A stretch of 32,000 bases of DNA from Mycolicibacterium smegmatis (GCF_001457595.1 NZ_LN831039.1:2190001-2222000); one strand, 5' to 3'. Counted from the first letter of the stretch, positions 1 through 10,461 are shown. Translations and numbers: made by a program. The notes: generated by a model not told the origin, from the letters alone.

Positions 1-1
1 C

Positions 2-337
2 GCGAAACTGTTGGCCTACATGGGTTCCCACGGGTACACCCACGCCTATCCGCACAAGGGCTCGACCCCGATCGCCGAGAAGCGCACCTGGGATCTAGAG
101 GCCGGCTACATCCAGCGCTCCGAGCACGCCCTACCGCGCTCGGGCACCAAACGACCGTGGCACGTGCGGCACAACTACCTGCTCGACGCCATCGACCACC
201 GTTTCGACCGCATCGACGAGTCGATGGTCTTCGGGCGTGCCCCCGCCGCCGTCCAGGTGCCCGCCTCAGCACCTTCCCCGGCACCTCCGTCAGCACCGCG
301 AGCGGGCGCGTCTGCTGTGGAACCCGCCGCGAGTTAG
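2..337 (+). CDS. Flavin-containing (FAD/NADPH, EthA/BVMO-like) monooxygenase, 3' end only; truncated by window start
   Basis: Open frame from base 2; LLAYMGSHGYTHAYPHKGSTPIAEKRTWDLEAGYIQRSEHALPRSGTKRPWHVRHNYLLDAIDHRFDRIDESMVFG resembles the C-terminus of this monooxygenase family, followed by an Ala/Pro-rich tail. Confidence 0.7.
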   Translation, partial: AKLLAYMGSHGYTHAYPHKGSTPIAEKRTWDLEAGYIQRSEHALPRSGTKRPWHVRHNYLLDAIDHRFDRIDESMVFGRAPAAVQVPASAPSPAPPSAPRAGASAVEPAAS

Positions 338-363
338 CAGCAGGCGGCGCACGCTCGCGCGCA

Positions 364-1119
364 CTACGGAACCCGGATCTGCAGTCCCGTCGCCAGCAAC
401 CGGGACGCCGAGAGCCCGAACGTGGACTTGAACCGGTCGGCGAGATGCGACGGGCTCGCGAAGCCCGAGTCGACGGCGGCCGTGGTCAGGGCGTGGCCCG
501 CGGCCAGCAGTGCACCGGCGCGCAGCAGCCTGCACCACATGCGGTAGCGCCGCAGGCTCGTGCCCAGTTCGGCGCGGAACAGGTGCAGGAAGCGGGATTC
601 GGACAACCCGGCTGCGGCGGCCAGGTCGGCGGCCGTCACCACCGTGGCCGGGTCGTCGCGGATCTGCTTGGCCGCCAGTTCGATCCGCGGGTCGATGTCA
701 TGGATCACCGAAGGCGCCGCGGTGTCCAGCCAGCGCACGGCCGAAGAATCGTCAGCCGGTGGGTTGAGCAACAGATCCTCGCGGTGGTGCCCGATACCGA
801 TGCCGTGGACGACGTTGTCGAACTGCCTGCGGCACGACGTGCTCCGGTGTGACGCCGGATCCAGATAACACGACACCAGCGGTCCCGTCATCACCAGATG
901 GTGCGTCACGCGTGGGGGAATGAGCGCGGTACGCGCGGAGATACGGTCCCCACCGACATCGATGGTCAACGGCGCGTCGACCCCGACCACCAGACACCAC
1001 ACCGAACCCGAATGCGGTTGCAGGCCCAGGGCCGGACCCGAGTACAGACCCTGGCCGGGCCACAGCCACACCGCCGGATAGCAGGTTTGTGGAAGCGGTG
1101 CGGGTATCGGGGTCGGCAT
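364..1119 (-). CDS. AraC-family transcriptional regulator
   Basis: C-terminal HTH: LAAAAGLSESRFLHLFRAELGTSLRRYRMWCRLLRAGALLAAGHALTTAAVDSGFASPSHLADRFKSTFGLSASRLL; internal ATG at 1119 (MPTPIPAPLPQ) preferred over the longer ORF start. Confidence 0.88.
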   Translation of the reverse strand: MPTPIPAPLPQTCYPAVWLWPGQGLYSGPALGLQPHSGSVWCLVVGVDAPLTIDVGGDRISARTALIPPRVTHHLVMTGPLVSCYLDPASHRSTSCRRQFDNVVHGIGIGHHREDLLLNPPADDSSAVRWLDTAAPSVIHDIDPRIELAAKQIRDDPATVVTAADLAAAAGLSESRFLHLFRAELGTSLRRYRMWCRLLRAGALLAAGHALTTAAVDSGFASPSHLADRFKSTFGLSASRLLATGLQIRVP

Positions 1120-1153
1120 GCTGGCCTCCTCATCACCTGAGCAGGAGGTTACC

Positions 1154-1525
1154 TTGAGCGTCGGAGTCGCAGCAGTGATCGTGGTCGCCGGGGTGTTCTT
1201 CCTCGGCATGGGCGTCTGCGCGCTGAGGGCGCCACAGGCGCTCCTGCGGCCGTTCGACTTCGAGCTCAGGTCGGCGTCGTCGCGTGCCGAGGTGCGCGGG
1301 GTGTACGGCGGTTTCGGCCTGGCGATCGCCGCGGTCCTGGCGTACGCGGCCGTCGCACCGGCGGTGCGGACCGGCGTGTTGATCACGGTCGGCGCAGCGC
1401 TGGCGGGCATGGCGGTGGGCCGCGCGGCCTCGGCGGTGTTCGACGAGCGAACCCCGTTCTACCCCAACTGGTTCTACTTCCTGGTCGAGGCGATCGGTGC
1501 GGCAGCGCTGTTCTGGGCCGTCTGA
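1154..1525 (+). CDS. Small membrane protein (DUF4345-like, 4 TM segments)
   Basis: Hydrophobic segments VGVAAVIVVAGVFFLGMGV, GFGLAIAAVLAYAAVA, GVLITVGAALAGMAVG, FLVEAIGAAALFWAV; AGGAGG at 1143-1148, 5 nt before TTG at 1154. Confidence 0.65.
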   Translation: MSVGVAAVIVVAGVFFLGMGVCALRAPQALLRPFDFELRSASSRAEVRGVYGGFGLAIAAVLAYAAVAPAVRTGVLITVGAALAGMAVGRAASAVFDERTPFYPNWFYFLVEAIGAAALFWAV

Positions 1526-1538
1526 TCGCGGGAAAACC

Positions 1539-2654
1539 CTACGGTGCGACGGTGAGCCAGTCGGTGAAACCCGACGGGTCGTGGCGGCCGAGCGCGCCGT
1601 GTTCGAACAGGCCCCATCCCTCAGCGGGGGCGGAGCTGCCCTCGGTGCACACCGCGCGCCCGACGTGGTCGATCACGCCGAAGGCGGCACGGCTGATGAT
1701 CGCCGGGTCGGTCATGTCGTAGGTGAGCCGTTCGGTGAACTTCTCGCCCTTCCACACGCCGTGCAACCAGTCCGGGTCGCCACCGTAACCGCCGCCGACG
1801 TGAATCGGCACCGCCAGTTTGGATTCCACGTCGAACCGCACCGGGGAACCGTCGGCGGCGGTCGCGTCGATGGTGGCGCCGGTGGGGATGCGGGTGCCCG
1901 AGCGGTAGTGGATCTTGATGCGCGGCCACCCCAGTTGTTCGATGCGGCCGTCTTTCCAGATGCGGGTGCAGTCGTTGAGGGAGCGGAACCCGTTGGGCTC
2001 CTCCTGGATGATCAGCACGATCGAGAACTCGTCGAACGCCATGGGCACGTACAGCCACCACATGCCCTCGAACGGCGGGTCGGCGGGGCGGCCCGCCGGT
2101 TCGGCCTCACCGATGGGCCGGATGCCCCAGGACCGGTCGCGCGACCCGATCCAGGTGGCCGGGTCGACCTCGATGTGTTCACCGTCGATCGTGAGATGCC
2201 CGCTCCACGAACCGAGTTGGGCGAAACGTTGCGCGTCGAGGGTGACGCGGTTGCCCGTGCGCAGGATGTGCGGCTGTTCCTGGACGACGTCGAACAGGCC
2301 GTTCCAGGTGAGATCGGCCTCGAGGCCGTGGGTGTCGTCGAGGGCGATCCGCAGTGTGTGCAGCGGTTCGGTGACGTCGACGCGGTATCCCATGACGTGC
2401 TGGTTGAGGCGGTCTGAGTCGATGGCGTCGGACAGGTGCACCGCGGTCTGGGTGTCACCGCGCCGTATGAGGAGAAACGCGTCCTTCACCCCGAGGTTGG
2501 GGTAGTAGCCGATGCCGGTGATGACGAAGATGTCGCCCGTGCGGTCGTGGGCGTTGAAGTACGAGCGGTCGTAGAAGTTGCGGTCCGACGATCCGGGCCA
2601 CGCGATCGGTTGGGGGAGTTGGTGTACCGGGAACTCGTCCATCGGGCCGAGCAT
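1539..2654 (-). CDS. Conserved hypothetical protein, 371 aa, next to a phosphotransferase gene
   Basis: ORF MLGPMDEFPVHQLPQPIAWPGSSDRNFYDRSYFNAHDRTGDIFVITG...; starts 1 nt after the stop codon of the upstream phosphotransferase gene. Confidence 0.75.
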   Translation of the reverse strand: MLGPMDEFPVHQLPQPIAWPGSSDRNFYDRSYFNAHDRTGDIFVITGIGYYPNLGVKDAFLLIRRGDTQTAVHLSDAIDSDRLNQHVMGYRVDVTEPLHTLRIALDDTHGLEADLTWNGLFDVVQEQPHILRTGNRVTLDAQRFAQLGSWSGHLTIDGEHIEVDPATWIGSRDRSWGIRPIGEAEPAGRPADPPFEGMWWLYVPMAFDEFSIVLIIQEEPNGFRSLNDCTRIWKDGRIEQLGWPRIKIHYRSGTRIPTGATIDATAADGSPVRFDVESKLAVPIHVGGGYGGDPDWLHGVWKGEKFTERLTYDMTDPAIISRAAFGVIDHVGRAVCTEGSSAPAEGWGLFEHGALGRHDPSGFTDWLTVAP

Positions 2655-2655
2655 G

Positions 2656-3816
<1,161 letters not shown>

Positions 3817-3838
3817 TTACGATACTCTCAGTTGCGTT

Positions 3839-4447
3839 ATGAAAGCAGAGGCATCACCGCTTGGCAAGGGTGTCGGCGCGGGTCGTCCCCGTGACCCCCG
3901 GATCGACGCGGCGATCCTGCGGGCCACCGCGGAACTCCTCGTCGAGATCGGCTACGCGAACCTCACGATGGCCGCGGTCGCCGAGCGCGCGCAGACCACC
4001 AAGACCGCGCTGTACCGGCGCTGGTCGAGCAAGGCCGAACTGGTGCACGAGGCGGTGTTCCCGGCCGTGCCGACCGGTCTGGTCGCCCCCGCCGGCGACA
4101 TCGCCGCCGACGTGCACGCGATGATCGCCGCCGCACGCGATGTGTTCACCAGCCCGGTGGTGCGCGCCGCGCTGCCGGGCCTGATCGCCGACGTTTCCGC
4201 CGATGCGAACCTCAACGCCCGCGTCATGGAGCGGTTCACCGGAGTCTTCGCCGCGGTGCGGGAGCGTATCGTCGACGGCATCGCGCGCGGCGAGGTGCAT
4301 GCCGCGGTGAGTCCCGATCGGCTGGTGGAAATCATCGGCGGTGCAACGATGTTGCGCCTGCTCCTGGTGTCGGACGAGAATCTCGACGACGAGTGGGTAC
4401 ACCAGACCGCGGCGATTGTCATCCACGGTGTGACGGTCGGCCGGTGA
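3839..4447 (+). CDS. TetR-family transcriptional regulator
   Basis: RIDAAILRATAELLVEIGYANLTMAAVAERAQTTKTALYRRWSSKAELVHEAVF = TetR N-terminal HTH; ATG at 3839. Confidence 0.88.
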   Translation: MKAEASPLGKGVGAGRPRDPRIDAAILRATAELLVEIGYANLTMAAVAERAQTTKTALYRRWSSKAELVHEAVFPAVPTGLVAPAGDIAADVHAMIAAARDVFTSPVVRAALPGLIADVSADANLNARVMERFTGVFAAVRERIVDGIARGEVHAAVSPDRLVEIIGGATMLRLLLVSDENLDDEWVHQTAAIVIHGVTVGR

Positions 4448-4519
4448 CCTGAACACCTTAAAGATCGCCGTGATGTTAACTCTCCCCAGACGCCCCGACC
4501 CTGCATAGGCTGTTCTCAC

Positions 4520-5833
4520 GTGACTCTTGCTGACCAACGCGCCGCGTCCGCTTCCAAACCGAGTGCGCGTACCGTCGCGCTGGGTAGCGCGGTCGGAACC
4601 ACGATCGAGTGGTACGACTTCTACCTGTACGCCACGGCCGCGGCGCTCGTCTTCAAACCCCTGTTCTTCCCGAACGTCTCGTCGACGGCCGGCACGTTGG
4701 CCGCGTTCGCGACCTACGCCGCGGGATTCGGCGCCCGGCCGCTGGGCGCGCTGATATCCGGCCACTACGGCGATCGGGTGGGACGCAAGACCGTCCTGGT
4801 CGCCGCGCTGCTCGGCATGGGCATCAGCACCTTCCTGATCGGCCTGTTGCCCACCTACGCACAGGTGGGGCTCCTGGCCCCGGCATTGCTGGTGACCCTG
4901 CGACTGCTGCAGGGCCTCGCCGTCGGCGCGGAATGGGGCGGCGCGGCGCTGCTGTCGGTCGAACACGCCCCGCCGGGCCGTCGCGGGTTGTTCGGCAGCT
5001 TCACCCAGCTGGGCTCACCCGCGGGCATGTTGCTGTCGACGGGCGTTTTCTCCGTGACCAGGGCGGTCTGCGGACCTGAGGCTTTCCTCGCGTACGGCTG
5101 GCGAATCCCGTTCCTGCTCAGCGCCGTTCTGGTCGTGATCGGTCTGGTGATCCGCCTGCGGCTCACCGACGCCGACGTTTTCCTCCGGGTCAAGGAAGCC
5201 GGCGAGGTCGCCCGCATGCCCGTGTTGGAGGTGCTGCGCACCCAGCCGCGCGGCGTCGTGATCACCACCGGCCTGCGGATCTCGCAGATCGCGCTGTTCG
5301 TCCTGCTCACGACGTATTCGCTGACCTATCTGCAGGATCAGACATCCGCCGGTGGCGGGGTCGGCCTGACCGCGGTGCTCATCGCGTCGGCGATCGGCCT
5401 GATCACCACCCCGCTCTGGGGCATCGTGTCCGACCGCATCGGCCGGCGCCCGCCCTATCTGTTCGGCGCGATCGCCGGCGTCGTGGCGCTCGTCCTGTTC
5501 TTCCTCGCGGCCGATTCCGGCTCGTCGGTCCTGATCATCCTGGCGATCGTGTTCGGCGTGAACATCGCGCACGACGCCATGTACGGCCCGCAGGCCGCCT
5601 GGTTCGGTGAGCTGTTCGACACCCGCGTGCGTTACAGCGGCGCGTCATTGGGATACTCGATCGGCGCCGTGCTCTCCGGCGGGTTCGCGCCGCTCATCGC
5701 GGCGTCCCTGTTGGCCGCCGGTGACGGCAGCCCGTGGCTGATCGTCGGGTACTTCGTGGTGCTCACCGTGATCACCGTCGCGGCCGCCTATTTCGCGCGC
5801 GAGACACACAAGGACGAGATCGGGGACGAGTGA
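4520..5833 (+). CDS. MFS transporter, metabolite:H+ symporter (MHS) type
   Basis: VALGSAVGTTIEWYDFYLYATAAALVF...FATYAAGFGARPLGALISGHYGDRVGRKTVLVAALLGMGISTFLIGLLP typical of MHS MFS; GTG start at 4520. Confidence 0.88.
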   Translation: MTLADQRAASASKPSARTVALGSAVGTTIEWYDFYLYATAAALVFKPLFFPNVSSTAGTLAAFATYAAGFGARPLGALISGHYGDRVGRKTVLVAALLGMGISTFLIGLLPTYAQVGLLAPALLVTLRLLQGLAVGAEWGGAALLSVEHAPPGRRGLFGSFTQLGSPAGMLLSTGVFSVTRAVCGPEAFLAYGWRIPFLLSAVLVVIGLVIRLRLTDADVFLRVKEAGEVARMPVLEVLRTQPRGVVITTGLRISQIALFVLLTTYSLTYLQDQTSAGGGVGLTAVLIASAIGLITTPLWGIVSDRIGRRPPYLFGAIAGVVALVLFFLAADSGSSVLIILAIVFGVNIAHDAMYGPQAAWFGELFDTRVRYSGASLGYSIGAVLSGGFAPLIAASLLAAGDGSPWLIVGYFVVLTVITVAAAYFARETHKDEIGDE

Positions 5834-7197
5834 TGACCAGGATCTACCTGAACGCCTTCGACATGGCCTGTGTCGGGCACCAGTCCGCGGGCCTGTGGCG
5901 TCATCCGGAAGATCAGGGTTACCGCTACCGCGAACTCGGGTACTGGACGGATCTGGCCCGCACGCTGGAGGCCGGTGGCTTCGACGCGCTGTTCCTCGCC
6001 GACATCCTGGGCGTCTACGACATCTACGGCGGGTCACGCGACGCGGCCGTGGCCGACGCCGCACAGTTCCCCGTCAACGATCCGACGCTCGCGGTCTCGG
6101 CCATGGCCGCGGTCACCGAGACGCTCGGTTTCGGCGTGACGGTGTCGCTGACCTACGAGCAGCCCTATGCGCTGGCGCGCCGGTTCGCGACGCTCGACCA
6201 TCTCACCGAAGGCCGCGTGGCGTGGAACATCGTCACGTCGTACCTCGACAGCGCCGCGCGCAACCTCGGCCTGGATGCCCAGATCCCCCACGACGAGCGC
6301 TACGAGATCGCCGAGGAGTACCTGGAGGTCTGCTACAAGCTGTGGGAGGCGTCGTGGGAACCCGGCGCCGTGGTGCGCGACGCGGAGCGCGGCGTGTTCA
6401 CCGACCCGGCCAAGGTGCACGACATCGAGCACAAGGGGCGCTACTTCAGTGTTCCCGGACCCTTCCTGTGTGAGCCGTCTCCCCAGCGCACCCCGGTGCT
6501 GTTCCAGGCCGGTGCCTCACCGCGGGGCGTGCGGTTCGCCGCGGGGCACGCCGAGGCGGTGTTCGTCTCGGGCCCGACGCCCGACGTCGTCGCCAAACCG
6601 GTCAAGGCGTTGCGCGCCGCGGCCGCCGAGCAGGGACGAGATCCCCGCTCCATCAAGGTTTTCACGATGGTGACGCCCGTCGTCGCCGAAACCCGCGACG
6701 AGGCCGTGGCCAAGCTGAACGAGTACCGGAAGTACGTCAGCCCCGAGGGCGCGCTCGCGCTGTTCGGCGGCTGGACCGGAGTCGACCTGGCCGAACTCGG
6801 TCCCGACGAACCGCTCAAGTACGTGCAGACCGAGGCGAATCGTTCGGCGCTGGCCTCGTTCACCACGGCCGAGCGTCCGTGGACGGCAGGGGAGTTGGCC
6901 CACGAGATCGGTCTCGGTGGCCGCGGCCCGGTGCTGGTTGGCTCGGCGACCGAGGTTGCCGACGAACTCGAGCGGTGGGTCGACGAGGCCGACATCGACG
7001 GGTTCAACCTGGCCTACGTCACGACGCCAGGAACCTTCGAGGACTTTGCCCGCCTCGTCGTGCCCGAACTGCGCCGCCGCGGCCGGGTGCCCGAGCACGG
7101 TGAGCGAGTCACGTTGCGCGAACGGCTCGGTGGCGCCGGGCCGTTGCTGGCCGCCGACCATCCCGGCGCGGCGTACCGACCCGCGGGGTGGTACTGA
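5833..7197 (+). CDS. NtaA/SnaA/DszA-family FMN-dependent monooxygenase (luciferase-like)
   Basis: MTRIYLNAFDMACVGHQSAGLWRHPEDQGYRYRELGYWTDLARTLEAGGFDALFLADILGVYDIYGG...; ATG overlaps the MFS stop (TGATG). Confidence 0.85.
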   Translation: MTRIYLNAFDMACVGHQSAGLWRHPEDQGYRYRELGYWTDLARTLEAGGFDALFLADILGVYDIYGGSRDAAVADAAQFPVNDPTLAVSAMAAVTETLGFGVTVSLTYEQPYALARRFATLDHLTEGRVAWNIVTSYLDSAARNLGLDAQIPHDERYEIAEEYLEVCYKLWEASWEPGAVVRDAERGVFTDPAKVHDIEHKGRYFSVPGPFLCEPSPQRTPVLFQAGASPRGVRFAAGHAEAVFVSGPTPDVVAKPVKALRAAAAEQGRDPRSIKVFTMVTPVVAETRDEAVAKLNEYRKYVSPEGALALFGGWTGVDLAELGPDEPLKYVQTEANRSALASFTTAERPWTAGELAHEIGLGGRGPVLVGSATEVADELERWVDEADIDGFNLAYVTTPGTFEDFARLVVPELRRRGRVPEHGERVTLRERLGGAGPLLAADHPGAAYRPAGWY

Positions 7198-7211
7198 GAC
7201 ACACTGGGCGG

Positions 7212-7886
7212 ATGGACGAAGAGCCGTTCCCCACCGACTGGCAGACGGCACTGGTGCTGGTCCCGCATCCCGACGACCCCGAGTACGGCATCGGCGCGGC
7301 CGTCGCGAAATGGACCGCGACAGGCAGAACCGTGCACTATGCGCTGGCATCGCGCGGCGAGGCCGGTATCGCCGGTATGCCGCCCGAGCAGGCCGGCCCG
7401 TTGCGCGAGGATGAGCAGCGCAGGTCCGCGGCGATCTGCGGCGTCGACAAGCTCGAATTCTGGGACTACCCGGACAGCGACATCCGCAACACGCCCGAAC
7501 TGCGGGCCCGCATCGCCGCGACGATCGAAGCGCTCAAACCCGATGTCGTCATCACGATCTACAGCGGTGACAGTTGGGCGCCGGACGCGCCGAACCAGCG
7601 CGATCACATCGAGTTCGCGCACGCCGTCGCCGAGGCCTACGACGAGCTCGCCGACCCGCCGCGGTGGCTGTTCGAGAACGGGCCCGAGTTCACGCACTAC
7701 GAGGTGATCGACGGTTACACCGACGTCGCCGTCGATTCCCTTGCCGCACATGAGGTTTACCTGTCAGTTCTCGATCCGGACACGCCTGTCGTCGCACAGG
7801 CCCGCAAACAGGTCGAAGAAGCGACACCGGTGCGTGAGGACCTCGGCGGGCGCATCGTGCAGTTCATCGTCAAGCGCCAACACTGA
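7212..7886 (+). CDS. LmbE/PIG-L-family deacetylase (GlcNAc-PI de-N-acetylase-like)
   Basis: LVPHPDDPEYGIGAAVAKWTATGRTVHYALASRGEAG...PEQAGPLREDEQRRSAAICGVDKLEFWDYPDSDI: HPDDxE metal-binding motif. Confidence 0.88.
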   Translation: MDEEPFPTDWQTALVLVPHPDDPEYGIGAAVAKWTATGRTVHYALASRGEAGIAGMPPEQAGPLREDEQRRSAAICGVDKLEFWDYPDSDIRNTPELRARIAATIEALKPDVVITIYSGDSWAPDAPNQRDHIEFAHAVAEAYDELADPPRWLFENGPEFTHYEVIDGYTDVAVDSLAAHEVYLSVLDPDTPVVAQARKQVEEATPVREDLGGRIVQFIVKRQH

Positions 7887-7905
7887 ACGCGCCTACGATG
7901 GGCCG

Positions 7906-8940
7906 GTGCGTGCTGTCGTCTGTTCCACGGTCGGTGTCCTGCCTCGCGTGACCGAGATGCCCGATCCGAGTTGCCCGTCCGACGGTGTGCTGGTGCAGGT
8001 CGCGGCAACCGGGGTGTGCCGCTCGGACTGGCACGCCTGGCGCGGCCACGATCCCGTGCAGTTGCCGATCATCCCCGGGCACGAGTTCGCCGGGGTGATC
8101 GCCGCGGTGGGCGCCGACGTCTCCGGATGGCAGGTGGGGGACCGGGTGACGACGCCGTTCGTCCTCGGCTGCGGCCGATGCGAGTTCTGCCGTGCCGGCG
8201 ACGCGCAGGTGTGCCCGAACCAGGAGCAACCCGGGTTCACGCTGCCCGGGTCGTTCGCACAGCTGGTCGCGGTGCCGCGCGCGGCCGCCAACCTGGTGCG
8301 GCTGCCCGACGACGTGTCGTTCGTCGCGGCGGCGTCGCTGGGGTGCCGGTTCGCGACGGCGTTCCGGGCGCTGGTCAACCACGGTGCGGTAAAGGCCGGC
8401 CAGTGGGTCGCGGTGCACGGCTGCGGCGGTGTCGGACTATCGGCGGTGATGATCGCGAAGGCGTTCGGCGCCAAGGTGGTCGCGGTCGACGTCACCGCAG
8501 ATGCGTTGGCGGCCGCGCAGCGCCTGGGTGCCGACGAGATCGTCAACAGCACCGAGATCGACGACGTCGCAACAGAAATCGTTCAGCGCACGGGTGGCGG
8601 TGCGCACATCGGTGTCGACGCCGTTGGCAACCCCGTCTCGGCCGCGGCATCCGTGGCCTCGCTGCGCCGCCGTGGTCGCCACGTGCAGGTGGGGTTGTTG
8701 CTCGGTGCCGACGCGCATACGGCGTTTCCGATGGACCGCGTGATCGCACAGGAACTCGCGATCTTCGGGTCCCACGGCATGCCCGCGGTCGACTATCCCG
8801 CGATGCTCGACCTGCTGGCCAGCGGAGCGTTGCAACCCGAACGCCTGGTGACGCGCCGGATCGGCCTCGACGACGCACCGGATGCGTTGGCGGGCATGGA
8901 CAGTTTCGCGGGTTCGGGGATGACGATCATCGAACCCTAG
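7906..8940 (+). CDS. Zinc-dependent alcohol dehydrogenase (MDR superfamily)
   Basis: GVCRSDWHAWRGHDPVQLPIIPGHEFAGVIAAVG; structural Zn cysteines CGRCEFCRAGDAQVC; Rossmann segment VHGCGGVGLSAVMIAKAFGAKVVAVDV; GTG at 7906. Confidence 0.88.
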   Translation: MRAVVCSTVGVLPRVTEMPDPSCPSDGVLVQVAATGVCRSDWHAWRGHDPVQLPIIPGHEFAGVIAAVGADVSGWQVGDRVTTPFVLGCGRCEFCRAGDAQVCPNQEQPGFTLPGSFAQLVAVPRAAANLVRLPDDVSFVAAASLGCRFATAFRALVNHGAVKAGQWVAVHGCGGVGLSAVMIAKAFGAKVVAVDVTADALAAAQRLGADEIVNSTEIDDVATEIVQRTGGGAHIGVDAVGNPVSAAASVASLRRRGRHVQVGLLLGADAHTAFPMDRVIAQELAIFGSHGMPAVDYPAMLDLLASGALQPERLVTRRIGLDDAPDALAGMDSFAGSGMTIIEP

Positions 8941-9704
8941 CGCTGGATCTGCGCGTGGTTGCGTTCGGCGACCGCACGGTATCTGTCGCCGAGACCGGCG
9001 AAGTCGCGCTGCTGCGCGCCGGCGATCTGCTGCTCGGCGTCCAGTGCCGAAGCGATCACCGGATCCGTGCCACGCGTATAGATCTCTTTGAGGCCGGACA
9101 TGATCGGGCACGGCACCTCGGCGATCTGCTGGGCGAGTTCGAGCGCCCGGTCCAGGAGCAGCTCGTGTGCCACCACCTCGGTGACCAACCCCAGGCGTTC
9201 GGCGCGTGCGGCGTCGACCACCTCACCCGTCATCGACAACCGGCGCGCCATCGCGGCGCCGACCACCTGCGGCAGCCGCGCCGTCATCCCGCCGCCGGGC
9301 AGAATCCCCACGCGCGCATGGGTATCGGCGAACACCGCACGTTCCGAGGCGATCAGGAAGTCGCAGCCCAGTGCCATCTCCAGGCCGCCGGTGAACGTCG
9401 CGCCGTTGATCGCGCCGATGATCGGCGTCGCCATCTGCCCGGTCTTGATGATGCAGTTGTGCGTCTGGAACTGCGCGAAGTAGTCCATACCGAGCGTCTG
9501 CGCCTGCTTGAGGTCGACACCCGCGCAGAACGCCGGGTCCGCACCGGTCAACACCACGGCCCGCACGGATGCGTCATCGTCGGCGTCCTGCAGCGCGGTG
9601 AACAGCGCCTCGATCAGCTCGCTGCCCAGCGCGTTGCGGGCCTCGGGACGGTTCATGGTGAGCACGCGGACGGCACCGTGGTCGGCGGTGAGCACGATCG
9701 TCAT
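8937..9704 (-). CDS. Enoyl-CoA hydratase/isomerase (crotonase family)
   Basis: TMNRPEARNALGSELIEAL...GADPAFCAGVDLKQ...IIGAINGATFTGGLEMALGCDFLIASERAVFADTHARVGILPGGGMTARLPQVVG. Confidence 0.92.
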   Translation of the reverse strand: MTIVLTADHGAVRVLTMNRPEARNALGSELIEALFTALQDADDDASVRAVVLTGADPAFCAGVDLKQAQTLGMDYFAQFQTHNCIIKTGQMATPIIGAINGATFTGGLEMALGCDFLIASERAVFADTHARVGILPGGGMTARLPQVVGAAMARRLSMTGEVVDAARAERLGLVTEVVAHELLLDRALELAQQIAEVPCPIMSGLKEIYTRGTDPVIASALDAEQQIAGAQQRDFAGLGDRYRAVAERNHAQIQR

Positions 9705-9791
9705 GTGTCGAATCTAGCGGCACCACTGTGCGCACGGTCCGCATCGCTTTGCTGCGGGCATATCCTTCTTACAGACAGACAAGGAGATCAC

Positions 9792-10373
9792 GTGGCGAGG
9801 TCGGCCAAGGGGAACGTGGCGCACGGCGACGGACGCCAGGCGCTGATCGTCGCCACCGTGACCCTGGTGGCCCGAGAAGGCCTGAGCAAGCTGACCTACC
9901 GATCCCTGGCCGCCGAGGCCAACGTCACGCACGGCACCATTCAGCATCACTTCTCCTCGTTGGACGAGGTTCTCGAAGAGGCCCTCAACTACGCGCTGGA
10001 CGTCACCCTGCCTGCCATCACCGAGGCCCGCGACGCCGGAGACTTCTACACGCACCTCGTGGATGTGATCGCCGAGCACCGTGATGTGCAGGCGTTCCAG
10101 ATGGAGATGATCCTGGAATCGCGCCGCAAGCCGCGCATGGCGGCGTACGTCAAACAGCTCTACGGAATCTACGACCGCTATATCGCCGAATCACTGGCGC
10201 AGATCGGTCTTCCCGACGACGACGAACTCGCCCAACTCGTCTCGGGTGTGGGCGACGGCATCGTCTATCAGCTCATCGCGCTGGGGCCGGATCACGCCGA
10301 GAAAGCCCGCGCCCAGGTGCGTGGGCTGAGCAAGCTGATCGCCGCGTACCGGAAGTCGACCGGGGGCGGGTAG
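9792..10373 (+). CDS. TetR-family transcriptional regulator
   Basis: QALIVATVTLVAREGLSKLTYRSLAAEANVTHGTIQHHFSSLDEVLEEALNYA; GTG at 9792 preceded by AAGGAG; the real gene within the over-extended 7971..10373 ORF. Confidence 0.85.
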   Translation: MARSAKGNVAHGDGRQALIVATVTLVAREGLSKLTYRSLAAEANVTHGTIQHHFSSLDEVLEEALNYALDVTLPAITEARDAGDFYTHLVDVIAEHRDVQAFQMEMILESRRKPRMAAYVKQLYGIYDRYIAESLAQIGLPDDDELAQLVSGVGDGIVYQLIALGPDHAEKARAQVRGLSKLIAAYRKSTGGG

Positions 10374-10392
10374 ACGGCCCGCACTTTTCTTC

Positions 10393-10454
10393 CGCGAGCG
10401 GACACAAAGTTGCCTATCTCGGGTCCGAAAAGCGCACTCTTGCGTCTGCTCGCG
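10393..10454. terminator. Candidate bidirectional terminator / inverted-repeat element between convergent tetR and nuoN
   Basis: CGCGAGCGGACACAAAGTTGC (10393-10413) versus reverse complement of 10434-10454, CGCGAGCAGACGCAAGAGTGC: 16/21 identical, 20-nt spacer. Confidence 0.4.
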
Positions 10455-10461
10455 AGGGAAG

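Noticed and set aside
4476-4511. Possible promoter (TTAACT ... TAGGCT) upstream of the MFS gene
   Set aside because: The 24-nt spacing between boxes is too long; only the -10-like TAGGCT is plausible, which is too weak to list.
7971-10373. Single 800-aa plus-strand ORF
   Set aside because: Artificial out-of-frame read-through of the ADH and opposite the enoyl-CoA hydratase. Only the C-terminal part from GTG 9792 is a real TetR-family protein.
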